A stretch of DNA of 64,000 nt from Syntrophales bacterium (GTDB taxonomy: Bacteria > Desulfobacterota > Syntrophia > Syntrophales > PHBD01). This document shows, in pieces, positions 20,763 through 34,380 of this stretch. Under the pieces are notes generated by a model. It did not search any database. It had not been told where the DNA came from and saw only the letters and a program-made list of their open reading frames with translations. The stretch is taken from NCBI GenBank assembly GCA_035363115.1, contig DAOSEM010000003.1, positions 125,317 through 189,316 on the forward strand, in the 5' to 3' direction. The position numbers and the translations under genes are program-made. Every line of letters starts with the position of its first letter. Within the stretch, counting starts at the first letter, position 1.

Positions 20763-22133
<1,371 letters not shown>

Positions 22134-22199
22134 CCACTTCCTGTTTTGTTCCCGAAATGGACCTTCCTTTGTCGTCCGGCGTCGAGGCCTTTTTGAGTG

Positions 22200-22215
22200 T
22201 GGTCTCGAATTTGCA
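22200..22215 (+). promoter_or_regulatory. sigma54 promoter for the cheD-HDOD-cheX-cheY-cheX operon
   Basis: TGGTCT-CGAAT-TTGCA with correct spacing, ~40 nt upstream of the cheD GTG. Confidence 0.7.
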
Positions 22216-22255
22216 TTGCCGCATCCTGAAATGATTCCTCGCTCAGGATGGCAAG

Positions 22256-22735
22256 GTGGATATCGTCGTCGGCATTTCTGACATCAAGTGCAGCAACCGG
22301 AAAGAGGACGTCCTCGTGACCTATGCGCTGGGATCCTGCATCGCCGTGGCCGTCCATGATCCCGTGGCCGGGGTGGCGGGACTGCTTCATTTCATGCTCC
22401 CCGATTCCACCCTCGACCAGGCGAAGGCGGGCCAGGCGCCGGCCATGTTCGCCGATACGGGGATCCCCATGCTGTTCAAGTCCTGCTATCAACTGGGCGC
22501 CGAGAAGAAGAGAATGACCGTCAAGGTGGCCGGTGGAGCCAGCATTCTGAACGATACGGACTACTTCCGGATCGGGAAGAAAAACATCACGGCCATGAGA
22601 AAGATCTTCTGGAGGAACAATGTCCTGATCAATGCGGAAGATACGGGGCTGAATTTCAACCGGACGGTTCGACTCAGCGTGTCCGACGGCAAGTGCCTCG
22701 TCAAGGTGTCGAACGGAACTTTGAAGGAAATCTAA
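22256..22735 (+). CDS. cheD: chemoreceptor glutamine deamidase CheD
   Basis: 159 aa with a GTG start. 'LVTYALGSCIAVAVHDPVAGVAGLLHFMLP' carries the catalytic Cys-His region. Confidence 0.92.
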   Translation: MDIVVGISDIKCSNRKEDVLVTYALGSCIAVAVHDPVAGVAGLLHFMLPDSTLDQAKAGQAPAMFADTGIPMLFKSCYQLGAEKKRMTVKVAGGASILNDTDYFRIGKKNITAMRKIFWRNNVLINAEDTGLNFNRTVRLSVSDGKCLVKVSNGTLKEI

Positions 22736-23581
22736 ATGGTCGAGAAAATACTGCAGTCCATCCGAAAGCTGCCCGCGTTTCCGGCCTCCGTGCAGAAAGT
22801 CGCGGATCTGCTGCGGGACGACGACTATTCGACCCAGGATCTGGTGAAGGTCATCCAGTACGATCAGGCCATCACCGCCAACATTATGAAAATGAGCAAC
22901 TCCGCGTATTTCGGCTCAAGGCAGAAGATCCGGACCATCCATGAAGCCGTGGTCTTCCTGGGGCGGAGACATCTCCAGTCCGCCGTGTTCACCGCCGGCG
23001 CGTCCCGTTTTTTCCAGGCGTCCAAGGGCGGCTACGTGGACAAGGGGAAGGCGCTGTGGGAACACTCGGTCGCCGTAGCCGTGATGTCCCAGATCCTCTC
23101 CCGGCAGCTGCGCAAGCGCGAGGACCAGGAGCTCTACACAGCGGCCTTGATGCACGACATCGGGAAACTGATCCTGGGGGAATTCGTCCAGGACGCCTTC
23201 GAGAAGATCCAGGTCCTGATGGAACGCAGAAGCTGTTCCTTCCTGGAAGCGGAGGAGGAGATCCTGGGAATCAACCATGCGGAGCTGGGAGGAAGGATCG
23301 CCGATCAGTGGAATTTTCCGCCGGCGATCCGGGACGGGATTGCGTTCCACCATCGCCCGGACCTCCTCGAGGACGAAAATTCCAATGCCGGCCTGATTTA
23401 TCTTTCCGATCAGTTCTGCCTGATGGCGGGCATTGACGGAGGACTCGACGGCCTTGCCCACCGGGGCATCGGTTCGGTCATGAAACAGTTCCAGCTCCGG
23501 GAGGTCGACCTGGAAAAGAACCTGATCGTCCTTCTCGACGAGCTCGACAAGGCGGCGGACGTCCTGCATCTGGTCAATTGA
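22736..23581 (+). CDS. HDOD domain protein
   Basis: 281 aa. 'LPAFPASVQKVADLL...ANIMKMSNSAYFG' and 'HDIGKLIL' are the HDOD hallmarks. Confidence 0.88.
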   Translation: MVEKILQSIRKLPAFPASVQKVADLLRDDDYSTQDLVKVIQYDQAITANIMKMSNSAYFGSRQKIRTIHEAVVFLGRRHLQSAVFTAGASRFFQASKGGYVDKGKALWEHSVAVAVMSQILSRQLRKREDQELYTAALMHDIGKLILGEFVQDAFEKIQVLMERRSCSFLEAEEEILGINHAELGGRIADQWNFPPAIRDGIAFHHRPDLLEDENSNAGLIYLSDQFCLMAGIDGGLDGLAHRGIGSVMKQFQLREVDLEKNLIVLLDELDKAADVLHLVN

Positions 23582-23608
23582 AAGGGCGGATTCCAGAGGG
23601 GAGAGAGT

Positions 23609-24067
23609 ATGAAGAAGCAGGGATACGGAGAAACCGAGCAGCAACTGGTCAAGGCCATCTTCGATGTCTTTGAGAAGATGTATTACCTGTACCTGGAGCC
23701 GCTGGAGGGAGAAGAGAGCGCGCCGTCATGGCAGGCCTCGATCGGGTTCACGGGAGTCCTGAACGGACGGTTTGACGCCTGGTTCAGCGGGGAGATCGCC
23801 ACGGCAATGGTGGAGAACAGCCTGGTCCTGGAAGGGGATGATGTGACGGACGCCCTGAGGGAGGACTGCCTCAAGGAGTGCGTCAACATGATATGTGGCA
23901 GTTTTCTCCGGCTGGTCGACTCCGACCGCATTGCGAATCTCACGCTGCCGTCCTGCGGAAGGGCGGATGCGGCACCTGTGCCGGCGGAAGGCGGGGAGGC
24001 GGGGGAGATCCATCTCCGGTTCGATGCCGACGGGATGCAGGTCGTGTTCAGGGCAACGATTTCATAA
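23609..24067 (+). CDS. CheX/CheC-family protein (divergent)
   Basis: 152 aa. 'ASIGFTGVLNGRFDAWF' and 'EDCLKECVNMICGSF' (ExxN phosphatase motif). Confidence 0.7.
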   Translation: MKKQGYGETEQQLVKAIFDVFEKMYYLYLEPLEGEESAPSWQASIGFTGVLNGRFDAWFSGEIATAMVENSLVLEGDDVTDALREDCLKECVNMICGSFLRLVDSDRIANLTLPSCGRADAAPVPAEGGEAGEIHLRFDADGMQVVFRATIS

Positions 24068-24091
24068 GGTACATAGAAAGGGGCACCCAAT

Positions 24092-24466
24092 ATGGACAAG
24101 GGATTAAAACTTCTGATTGTTGATGATTTCGCCACCATGAGGAAGGTGATCCGGAACATTCTCAAGCAGATCGGGTATGAGAACGTCGTGGAGGCGGAAG
24201 ACGGATCAATTGCGCTCCGAGTACTCAAGTCCCAGAAGATCGACCTGATCATCAGCGACTGGAACATGCCCAACATGACCGGCCTGGAACTCCTCAAGGC
24301 CGTCCGCGCCGATGAAGAGCTCAAGGCGACACCCTTCCTCATGGTCACGGCCGAGGCGCTGCAGGAAAACGTCGTGGCGGCGGTCAAGGCGGGGGTGAGC
24401 AATTACATCGTCAAGCCCTTCACGGCGGAAGCGATGAATGAAAAGCTGCAGAAAATTCTGGGGTAG
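24092..24466 (+). CDS. cheY: chemotaxis response regulator CheY
   Basis: 124 aa. '[14 protein letters not shown]', '[13 protein letters not shown]', 'MVTAE' and 'YIVKPF'. Confidence 0.95.
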   Translation: MDKGLKLLIVDDFATMRKVIRNILKQIGYENVVEAEDGSIALRVLKSQKIDLIISDWNMPNMTGLELLKAVRADEELKATPFLMVTAEALQENVVAAVKAGVSNYIVKPFTAEAMNEKLQKILG

Positions 24467-24489
24467 TGAAGAACGGTTAGGAGAGACCT

Positions 24490-24963
24490 ATGGACGTTCG
24501 CTTTATCAATGCATTCCTGGCCGGCACCACGGATGTGCTCCAGATGATGGCTTTCGTGGAGCCGAGGCCGGGGAAGGCCTTCCTGAAGAAAGACAACGCG
24601 GCCAAGGGGGATGTCTCCGGCGTCATCGGCCTAACCGGTGCCGCTCGCGGTTCGCTGGCCCTCACGTTCAGCGAATCCTGCATTTTGAAGGTCGTTTCGA
24701 ACATGCTGGGCGAGGAACAGACCTCCATCAACGGCGATGTCAAAGATGCTGTGGGGGAGCTGACCAACATGGTCTCCGGATCCGCCCGCAAGAAGCTGGA
24801 GTCGGAAGGCCTGAGCGTTACGGCAGCCATCCCCACGGTGGTGTCCGGCGGCGGGCATTCCATCCGGCACGTTCTCGGAGGCCCTTCCATCATCATTCCT
24901 TTTGAGACGGATTACGGTCCCTTTTTTGTGGATGTCTGCCTGATACTCGCCAACGGTTCCTGA
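24490..24963 (+). CDS. cheX: CheY-P phosphatase CheX
   Basis: 157 aa. 'MDVRFINAFLAGTTDVL', 'GDVSGVIGLTGAARGSLALTF' and 'DAVGELTNMVSG'. Confidence 0.9.
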   Translation: MDVRFINAFLAGTTDVLQMMAFVEPRPGKAFLKKDNAAKGDVSGVIGLTGAARGSLALTFSESCILKVVSNMLGEEQTSINGDVKDAVGELTNMVSGSARKKLESEGLSVTAAIPTVVSGGGHSIRHVLGGPSIIIPFETDYGPFFVDVCLILANGS

Positions 24964-25205
24964 AACGATTCCCCTCAAGGACGGTATCGGATCGATGAAC
25001 GCGGTGAAACGACAACAAGCGGCGGGAATCCCCCCCCCCGGGGGATCGATCTTCTCCGGAACACCCGGGAAGTTCCCGGTCCGCGCGGCCCACGGCGATG
25101 ACCTCTCCCGAACGGGACCAGGATAATCGCCGCATGGGTGATTGACCGGATCACCGGTCGTCTCCGGCCGGGCCGAAGGAAAGCGCCGACATCGGAGGAA
25201 CCGTC

Positions 25206-27707
<2,502 letters not shown>

Positions 27708-27742
27708 GCCGTCATGAACGGCAGACGGAGGCGGGGTACCCC

Positions 27743-28618
27743 ATGGATGAGCGCCTGAAGCAGGTTGAAGCCTATATCGGCCGCATGCCGAGCCTCTCCA
27801 CGACAGTCGCGAAGGTCCTGGACATCTGCAACCGGCCGGACACGTCTCCCAACGACCTGAACCGGGTGATTTCACTCGATCCGGTCCTGACGGGAAGGGT
27901 GCTCCACCTGATCAATTCCGCATATTATTCCCTTCCCGACGAAGTGACGTCCCTCACCCGGGCCATCATCGTCCTGGGCATCAACACCGTCAAGAACCTG
28001 GCCCTGAGCACGGCGATCCTGGAGGCTCTGGGAGGCGGCGGAGGCCGCAAGGCGCTGTCCATGGATGAGTTCTGGACCCACTCCATCGGGGTGGGGGTGA
28101 TTGCCAAATCCCTGGCGGCCCGGCAGGGCGTTCCCGCGATCCGGCGGGAGGAATACTTCGTGGCGGGTCTGCTCCACGACTTGGGGAAAATCCCCCTGAG
28201 CAGCGTGTTTCCGGATGATTACGGTGACGCGGTCGCATTGTTGGAGGACGGGACAGCCGAATCCAGCAGCGAGGCGGAGGAGCGGGTCCTGGGGATGAAT
28301 CACGGGCGGATCGGCGTCCTGATCGCCGACAAATGGCGACAGGCGGAGTCCATGCGGGAAGTGATGCGCTGCCACCACGATCCCCCGGCCGCGAAGGACG
28401 AGTGGCGGCCCATGGTGACGATCGTCCGGCTGGCGGATGACTGCTATCATCTATTCAGGCGCTGCGGAAGCCGGGAACTCTCCGCGGACGATCCCCGGGT
28501 CGCCCGCCTGGGGGCGGAGACCGGGATGGACATGCCGGCGGTCGGGGAGCTCCGCGACGCCGTCACGGACGAAATCGAGCGGGCGAAGATATTCCTGAGC
28601 ATCGCGGGGAAGGCCTGA
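27743..28618 (+). CDS. HDOD domain protein
   Basis: 'MPSLSTTVAKVLDICN', 'LHLINSAYYSL' and 'LLHDLGKIPL'. The GTG at 27704, which overlaps the kinase stop, is an alternative start. Confidence 0.85.
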   Translation: MDERLKQVEAYIGRMPSLSTTVAKVLDICNRPDTSPNDLNRVISLDPVLTGRVLHLINSAYYSLPDEVTSLTRAIIVLGINTVKNLALSTAILEALGGGGGRKALSMDEFWTHSIGVGVIAKSLAARQGVPAIRREEYFVAGLLHDLGKIPLSSVFPDDYGDAVALLEDGTAESSSEAEERVLGMNHGRIGVLIADKWRQAESMREVMRCHHDPPAAKDEWRPMVTIVRLADDCYHLFRRCGSRELSADDPRVARLGAETGMDMPAVGELRDAVTDEIERAKIFLSIAGKA

Positions 28619-28619
28619 C

Positions 28620-29543
28620 ATGATGAAGATCCGGTTCTGGGGGGTTCGGGGATCCATCCCCTGCCCCGGGCCCGACACCGTCCAATACGGCGGCAACACC
28701 CCCTGCATCGAGCTTCGGCTTGAAGGCTCCAGACGGACCGTGATCATCGACGCCGGTTCAGGCATCCGGGAACTGGGCAACCTCATGATGGCCCGCGACC
28801 TCCCCGGGGGGCCGATCCGTGCCGACCTCTTTCTCACTCACACCCACTGGGACCACATCATGGGCTTTCCCTTCTTCACGCCCGTCTACGTTCCCGGAAC
28901 GAGGATCAACATCTACGGGCCCGCGACCTATGAAGCGGAGACGATGCGGGATGTCATGGGCGGGCAGATGGCCTACCGGTACTTCCCGGTCCGCTGGACG
29001 GACCTGGCCGCGGAGATCCGGTATTTTGACCTGAAGGAAGAGCATATCGACCTGGGAGAGGGGCTCCGGGTCTCGACCATCTATCTCAACCATCCCGTCC
29101 TGAGCCTGGGATACCGGTTCGAGCGGGAGGGCGCGGTTCTCTGCACCGTCTTCGACACGGAGCCGTTCCGGAACATCTTTGCGACGGATCCCGACGATCC
29201 CTCCTACAGCGCGGAAATGGCCGCGGAGGGGGAAGCCGTTGCCAGGGAACGGAACCAGCGCCTCGAGGCGTTCTTCCGGGGCGCCGACTGCCTGGTCCAT
29301 GACGCCCAGTACACCCGGGAGGAGTATGAAAACGGGAAAACCGGCTGGGGGCATTCGCCGATGGAGCACGCCATCGAGGCGGCCGGAAGGGCCGGTGTCG
29401 GGAAGCTGGTCCTTTTCCACCATGAGCCGATGCGGACCGATGCCGGGATGAACGCCCTGGCGGCAACACTCTGCCCGGCCGGCACGGGAGGCCGGCCGGA
29501 GGTGCTGTTTGCCCGCGAGGGCCTGGAGTTGGATATCGGGTAA
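28620..29543 (+). CDS. MBL-fold metallo-hydrolase (possible cyclic-nucleotide phosphodiesterase type)
   Basis: 307 aa. 'FWGVRGSIP', metal motif 'LTHTHWDHIMG' and distal 'LFHHEP'. Confidence 0.85.
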   Translation: MMKIRFWGVRGSIPCPGPDTVQYGGNTPCIELRLEGSRRTVIIDAGSGIRELGNLMMARDLPGGPIRADLFLTHTHWDHIMGFPFFTPVYVPGTRINIYGPATYEAETMRDVMGGQMAYRYFPVRWTDLAAEIRYFDLKEEHIDLGEGLRVSTIYLNHPVLSLGYRFEREGAVLCTVFDTEPFRNIFATDPDDPSYSAEMAAEGEAVARERNQRLEAFFRGADCLVHDAQYTREEYENGKTGWGHSPMEHAIEAAGRAGVGKLVLFHHEPMRTDAGMNALAATLCPAGTGGRPEVLFAREGLELDIG

Positions 29544-29652
29544 CGCTCGCGACGTTAAAACGGAAACCGCTGCTGCTGCGATCCTGTCGCCGGGTCCGTG
29601 ATGCCCTTCCGGAACGGGCACGGGTGGCAGAGCGGGAAAGGAGGCCTGCCGC

Positions 29653-32544
29653 ATGCCGATGGATGTTTTGACGACGCTCCGCTCCTGGCTCCGTCCCCCC
29701 GTGTTTCCGGACGACGAGTTCCAGACCCGCGCGGCCGGGGTGCTCGCCACCATGCTGGCGTTCATGCTCGCGCTGGTGCTTTTTTCCCTCCTTGTCGGAG
29801 TCCCCTTCATCTACGGTGAGAAACTGGCCAGCGCCGCCACCAGCCTGTTTGCCCTGCTCGTCGTCCTGGGCGGCTACCTGCTGATGCACCGCCGGCGCAT
29901 CCGCGCGGCCGGCGCGTTCGTGATCGCCGGGCTCTGGATCCACTTCCTCGCGGTCGTCATCCTGGGCAGCGGCATGAAAGACACGAACCTGGTCCAGTTC
30001 GTCGTCCTGCCGGCCGTGGCGGGGCTGATCCTGGGCTGGCGGGCGGCCGTCTGGACGATCGCACTGGCCGTCCTGACCTGCCTCACGCTGGCCGTCCTGG
30101 AGATCCGGGGAGTCCTGCCGCTGTACTTTTTCCCCCAGCCGCCCCTGGCCCGCTGGATCACCCTCGCCTTCGGCATCGTCCTCCTGGCGGCGACGCTCCG
30201 TCAATCCTTCCGGGCGCAGGAGGACCTGCTGCGGTCCGCCCGGGAGCAGCTCTCGGAACGCAAGAAGGCCGAGGAGGCACTGCAGCGGAGGACGGAGCAG
30301 GTGTCCGCCGTCACTGCCAGCCTGCCGGGTCTCGTCTATCAGTTCTATGCCCGCCCGAACGGCGAGATGGGGCTTTCTTACCTAAGCGACCGGGCCGCGG
30401 AGCTTTTTGGATTATCCAGGGACACGGCGGCATTCTTCGAGGAGTTTTCCTCCCGGGTCCACCCCGACGACCACAAACGATTCGTGGATTCGATTGCGGA
30501 GTCGGTCGCAGCCTTTCGCCGATGGGATTTCGAGGGCCGGTACGTGAGAGATTCCGGTGATGTAATGTGGTTCCGGGGCCTGTCCGTGCCGACATGGAGG
30601 GGAGATGAGGTCGTCTTCAACGGGATCCTCCTGGATGTGACGGACCGCCGGGCGGCGGAAGAGGCGCTCCGGAGGACCGAGCAACGCTACAGCACGATCC
30701 TCGAGGAGATCGAGGAAGGCTACGTCGAGTTCGACATCGGCGGGCATGTCACCTTCTGCAACGAATCCTTCCGGCGGGCCATGGGCTACGGGGAGGAGGA
30801 GATCCTCGGCTCCAGCTACAAACAATTCACGGCGGACGAGGACGTGCGCAGGCACATTGCCCGGGCCTATGGCGAGATGTTCCTCACAGGGGCGCCCATC
30901 CGGAGATATGAGCTGGACCTTCTCTCCAGGAAGGGGGAGCGTCGCACCGTCGAGCACTCCGCATCGGTTATCCGGGATGCGGACGGTCGTCCCGCGGGTT
31001 TCCGGGGCGTTTTCCGCGACATCACGGAACGGGTCCGCGCGGAGGAGCAGTACCGCATCATGGCGAACAACTCCCAGGCGGGGGAGTTTATCGCCATCGG
31101 CGGGACGTTCCGGTTCGTAAACCGCCACGTGCTGCAGTACACGGGTCTCTCGGAGAAGGATCTGATCGGGACCTCCACCCGGGAGATCGTGCACCCGGGG
31201 GACCGGGACATGGTGAGGACGAAGGCGCGGCGGATGCTGAGAGGGGAACCGGGTCCGCCCTACGAGTACCGGATCGTAAACGGGAGCGGAGAGATCCGCT
31301 GGATTCTCGAGTCGGTGACGTCGGTTACCTACCAGGGGCAGGCGGCGGTCCTGGGCAACAACATGGACGTTACGGAGATCCGGGAGGCCCGGGAGAAGCT
31401 GGAGCACATGCAGGAGCAGCTGCTGCAGGCACAGAAGCTGGAGTCCCTGGGGACGCTGGCGGGAGGGATTGCCCATGACTTCAACAACCTCCTCATGGGG
31501 ATCCAGGGGTATGCGTCGCTGATGATGCTGGACCTGGAGGAGGGGCATCCGCACCTTGAGAAGCTGAAGGCGATCGAGTCGCAGGTCCGGAGCGGGTCGG
31601 AACTGACGCGCCAGCTCCTGGGGCTTGCGCGCGGCGGACGTTACGAGGTGAAGCCGACGGACCTGAACGAGCTGGTGGCGAAGACAGCCAGAATGTTCGG
31701 CCGGACAAAAAAGGAGATCCGGGTCGACGAGAAGTACGATGGATCGCTGTGGAGCGTGGAGGTGGACCGGGGCCAGCTGGAGCAGGTGTTTCTGAACCTG
31801 TTCGTGAACGCGTGGCAGGCGATGCCCGGGGGAGGGGACCTGAGCCTGGAGACGTCGAACGTGGAGCTGGATGATGTGTTTTGCCGGATATACGGGATTG
31901 GGGCGGGCCGCTACGTGAAGGTGTCCGTATCGGACACGGGGGTCGGGATGGACGAGCGGACGCTGCAGCGGATCTTCGATCCGTTTTTCACGACGAAGGG
32001 GATGGGCCGGGGAACGGGCCTGGGACTGGCGTCGGCATACGGCATCCTGAAAGGTCACGGGGGGATCATCACCGTGTCCAGTGAGCCCGGCCGGGGGACG
32101 ACGTTCGAGGTGTATCTCCCGGCGACGGGGGAGGCTGTCTTGCGGGAAGAGCCGGCACCGTCGGGGATCGAGCGGGGCCGGGGGGTGATTCTGGTGGTGG
32201 ATGATGAGCCGATGGTCCGGGAGGTGACGCGGGAGATGCTGACGGGGCTGGGATACCAGGTCCTGACAGCGGAGAGCGGTCCGGAGGCTCTGGAGGTTTT
32301 CGGATCCCGGGGGTCGGAGATCGACGTGGTGATCCTGGACATGATCATGCCGGGGATGGGCGGCGGCGAGGTGAATGATGCACTGCAGGCGATGCGGCCG
32401 GGGGTCCGGGTCCTTCTGTCAAGCGGGTACAGCCTGGAGGGCCAGGCCTCGGAGATCCTGGAGAAGGGGGTCCAGGGGTTTCTCCAGAAGCCGTTCCGCC
32501 TGGACGAGCTTTCCCGGAAGATCCGCGAGGTCATCGAAGCCTGA
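29653..32544 (+). CDS. membrane-anchored PAS hybrid histidine kinase with receiver (paralog B)
   Basis: 963 aa with an AAGGAGG RBS. Same multi-TM N-terminus as paralog A ('LPLYFFPQPPLARW' versus 'LPLRFFPQPPFSQW'). Three PAS modules. The kinase and REC regions are very similar to 25206..27707. Confidence 0.92.
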   Translation: MPMDVLTTLRSWLRPPVFPDDEFQTRAAGVLATMLAFMLALVLFSLLVGVPFIYGEKLASAATSLFALLVVLGGYLLMHRRRIRAAGAFVIAGLWIHFLAVVILGSGMKDTNLVQFVVLPAVAGLILGWRAAVWTIALAVLTCLTLAVLEIRGVLPLYFFPQPPLARWITLAFGIVLLAATLRQSFRAQEDLLRSAREQLSERKKAEEALQRRTEQVSAVTASLPGLVYQFYARPNGEMGLSYLSDRAAELFGLSRDTAAFFEEFSSRVHPDDHKRFVDSIAESVAAFRRWDFEGRYVRDSGDVMWFRGLSVPTWRGDEVVFNGILLDVTDRRAAEEALRRTEQRYSTILEEIEEGYVEFDIGGHVTFCNESFRRAMGYGEEEILGSSYKQFTADEDVRRHIARAYGEMFLTGAPIRRYELDLLSRKGERRTVEHSASVIRDADGRPAGFRGVFRDITERVRAEEQYRIMANNSQAGEFIAIGGTFRFVNRHVLQYTGLSEKDLIGTSTREIVHPGDRDMVRTKARRMLRGEPGPPYEYRIVNGSGEIRWILESVTSVTYQGQAAVLGNNMDVTEIREAREKLEHMQEQLLQAQKLESLGTLAGGIAHDFNNLLMGIQGYASLMMLDLEEGHPHLEKLKAIESQVRSGSELTRQLLGLARGGRYEVKPTDLNELVAKTARMFGRTKKEIRVDEKYDGSLWSVEVDRGQLEQVFLNLFVNAWQAMPGGGDLSLETSNVELDDVFCRIYGIGAGRYVKVSVSDTGVGMDERTLQRIFDPFFTTKGMGRGTGLGLASAYGILKGHGGIITVSSEPGRGTTFEVYLPATGEAVLREEPAPSGIERGRGVILVVDDEPMVREVTREMLTGLGYQVLTAESGPEALEVFGSRGSEIDVVILDMIMPGMGGGEVNDALQAMRPGVRVLLSSGYSLEGQASEILEKGVQGFLQKPFRLDELSRKIREVIEA

Positions 32545-32608
32545 GCACGAAAGAACTCTGGCGGACGATGCTCCTGCGGCAGGAAAGCGGGTATGGCGGG
32601 TCCCGCGC

Positions 32609-33499
32609 TCAGCGGGACGCGGGAGCGGAGCCGCCCTGGGTCGGGCCCTGTGAAGGTGCCGGCGGCGCTTCCGATGTTCCCGTTCCCACCTGGGTGGCCG
32701 CCGGGATCGGCACGGTCGCGCCGGGAGGAATGGGCGGTGCCGCCGGGGGCGATGCCGCGGTTCCTTCTCCCTGCAGGACGATCACGCTGATGCGCCGGTT
32801 CCGGGGGTCCTTGGGATTCTCCTTGATGTAGAGCTCCTGGTCCGCGTAGCCGACGACCCGGGCGATCTTGCCGGGGTCGACGCCGTCGTTCTCCATTTCC
32901 CGACGTGCGGCGGATGCCCGGGCCGTGGAAAGCTCCCAGTTCGTGATCTGGGATCCCCGGAACGGGGCCGAGTCCGTGTGTCCCTCCACGGCGATCCGGT
33001 TCGGCAGCTCCCGGAGGTTTTCCGAAACAAGGTTGAGGATCGTCCTGGCCTTGTCGGTCAGGTCCGCACTGCCGCTCTGGAACATCGTGCTGCCCTCCAG
33101 GTCGATGATCTGGATGCGAACCCCTCCCTCGATGATGTCCACCTGAACCTGGTCCTTCAGTTGCCCCAGCTTTTCGTCCACGGCTTTCTTGAGCTTCGTT
33201 GCCAGGTCCTGGGGGCCCAGGCGGATGGCCTTGTTGGTCAGGGTCAGGACCGCGGCGTTCTTGTCCATGAAAGAGCGGCCACCTGCGGACTCCTCTTTAA
33301 ATACATTGAAATTCTTGAAATATTCGGAAACGGCAAGCTTCTTGTCGGGCGAAACCATGGTGATCAGCCACAGGAGAAGGAAAAAGGCCATCATGGCCGT
33401 GACGAAATCGGCGTAGGCCACCTTCCAGGAGCCGCCGTGATGCTCGGCGTGCTTCTTCTTCTTGATCCTGCGGATGACGATGGGAGCGCGATCTTCCAT
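32609..33499 (-). CDS. motB: flagellar stator protein MotB (OmpA-like), Pro-rich C-terminal tail
   Basis: 296 aa. 'WKVAYADFVTAMMAFFLLLWL' contains the channel Asp. OmpA-like 'IAVEGHTDSAPF...NWELSTARASAARR'. Confidence 0.93.
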   Translation of the reverse strand: MEDRAPIVIRRIKKKKHAEHHGGSWKVAYADFVTAMMAFFLLLWLITMVSPDKKLAVSEYFKNFNVFKEESAGGRSFMDKNAAVLTLTNKAIRLGPQDLATKLKKAVDEKLGQLKDQVQVDIIEGGVRIQIIDLEGSTMFQSGSADLTDKARTILNLVSENLRELPNRIAVEGHTDSAPFRGSQITNWELSTARASAARREMENDGVDPGKIARVVGYADQELYIKENPKDPRNRRISVIVLQGEGTAASPPAAPPIPPGATVPIPAATQVGTGTSEAPPAPSQGPTQGGSAPASR

Positions 33500-33519
33500 G
33501 CCGGTTTCCTCCGCTGCGG

Positions 33520-34377
33520 TCAGCGCTTCGCTTTCCGCAGGGCCGCCTCGACATCGAGGAAGCTGGGCTTGTCGTGGGAGGGGATGACCCTCCGTCCGAA
33601 TTCAATGGCCACCTTCGGCGCCGCCCCGCCGATGAAGGCGATCAGCGCGGCCTTGTAGACCTGGAGGTACTGGATCTCCTCCATGGCCTTGTGCTCCATG
33701 TTCCGGCCCATGGGTCCGACAAACCCGTAGCACAGAAGGACGCCGAGAAAGGTTCCCACCAGGGCCGCCCCGATGCTGTGCCCGAGGACCTCCGGCGGGG
33801 CGCCGATCTTTCCCATGGTCAGAACGACGCCCAGGACCGCGGCGACAATACCGAGTCCGGGGAGGCCGTCGGCCACGAAGGTCACGGTCTTGGAGGGATT
33901 GATCATCTCTTCGAAATGCCCTTCGATTTCCGTGTCCATGAGGGCCTCCAACTCGTGGGGGGCGATGGTCGTGGTCATGACCATCCGGAGCGTGTCCGTC
34001 ACGAGGCCGATGGCGCGGGGGTTCTTCAGGATCTTGGGATATTTGTTGAACAGGGCGCTCTTTTCCGGCTGGTCCACGTCCGATTCGACGGAGACCAGCC
34101 CCTCCTGGCGGATCTTGTAGAAGAGGCCGTTGAGAAGCATCAGGGCCTCCAGGTAGTCCGCGGATCCGAGGGACTTGCCCGTGAAGAGGTCGAGGAACGA
34201 AGCCATGATGCTCTTGAGCAGTTTCATGGGCGTCGCGATGATGAGGCCTCCGATGGCCGCCCCGCCGATGATGACGAGCTCCGCGGGCTGGAAGAGGACC
34301 GAGAGGTTCCCATGCTCCATGAGGTAGCCGCCGATGACGGCGACCAGTACGACGACGCAACCGATGATGACGATCAT
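33520..34377 (-). CDS. motA: flagellar stator protein MotA (E. coli MotA-like)
   Basis: 285 aa. 'MIVIIGCVVVLVAVIGGYLMEHGNLSVLFQPAELVIIGGAAIG' and 'LPGLGIVAAVLGVV'. Confidence 0.93.
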   Translation of the reverse strand: MIVIIGCVVVLVAVIGGYLMEHGNLSVLFQPAELVIIGGAAIGGLIIATPMKLLKSIMASFLDLFTGKSLGSADYLEALMLLNGLFYKIRQEGLVSVESDVDQPEKSALFNKYPKILKNPRAIGLVTDTLRMVMTTTIAPHELEALMDTEIEGHFEEMINPSKTVTFVADGLPGLGIVAAVLGVVLTMGKIGAPPEVLGHSIGAALVGTFLGVLLCYGFVGPMGRNMEHKAMEEIQYLQVYKAALIAFIGGAAPKVAIEFGRRVIPSHDKPSFLDVEAALRKAKR

Positions 34378-34380
34378 GAA

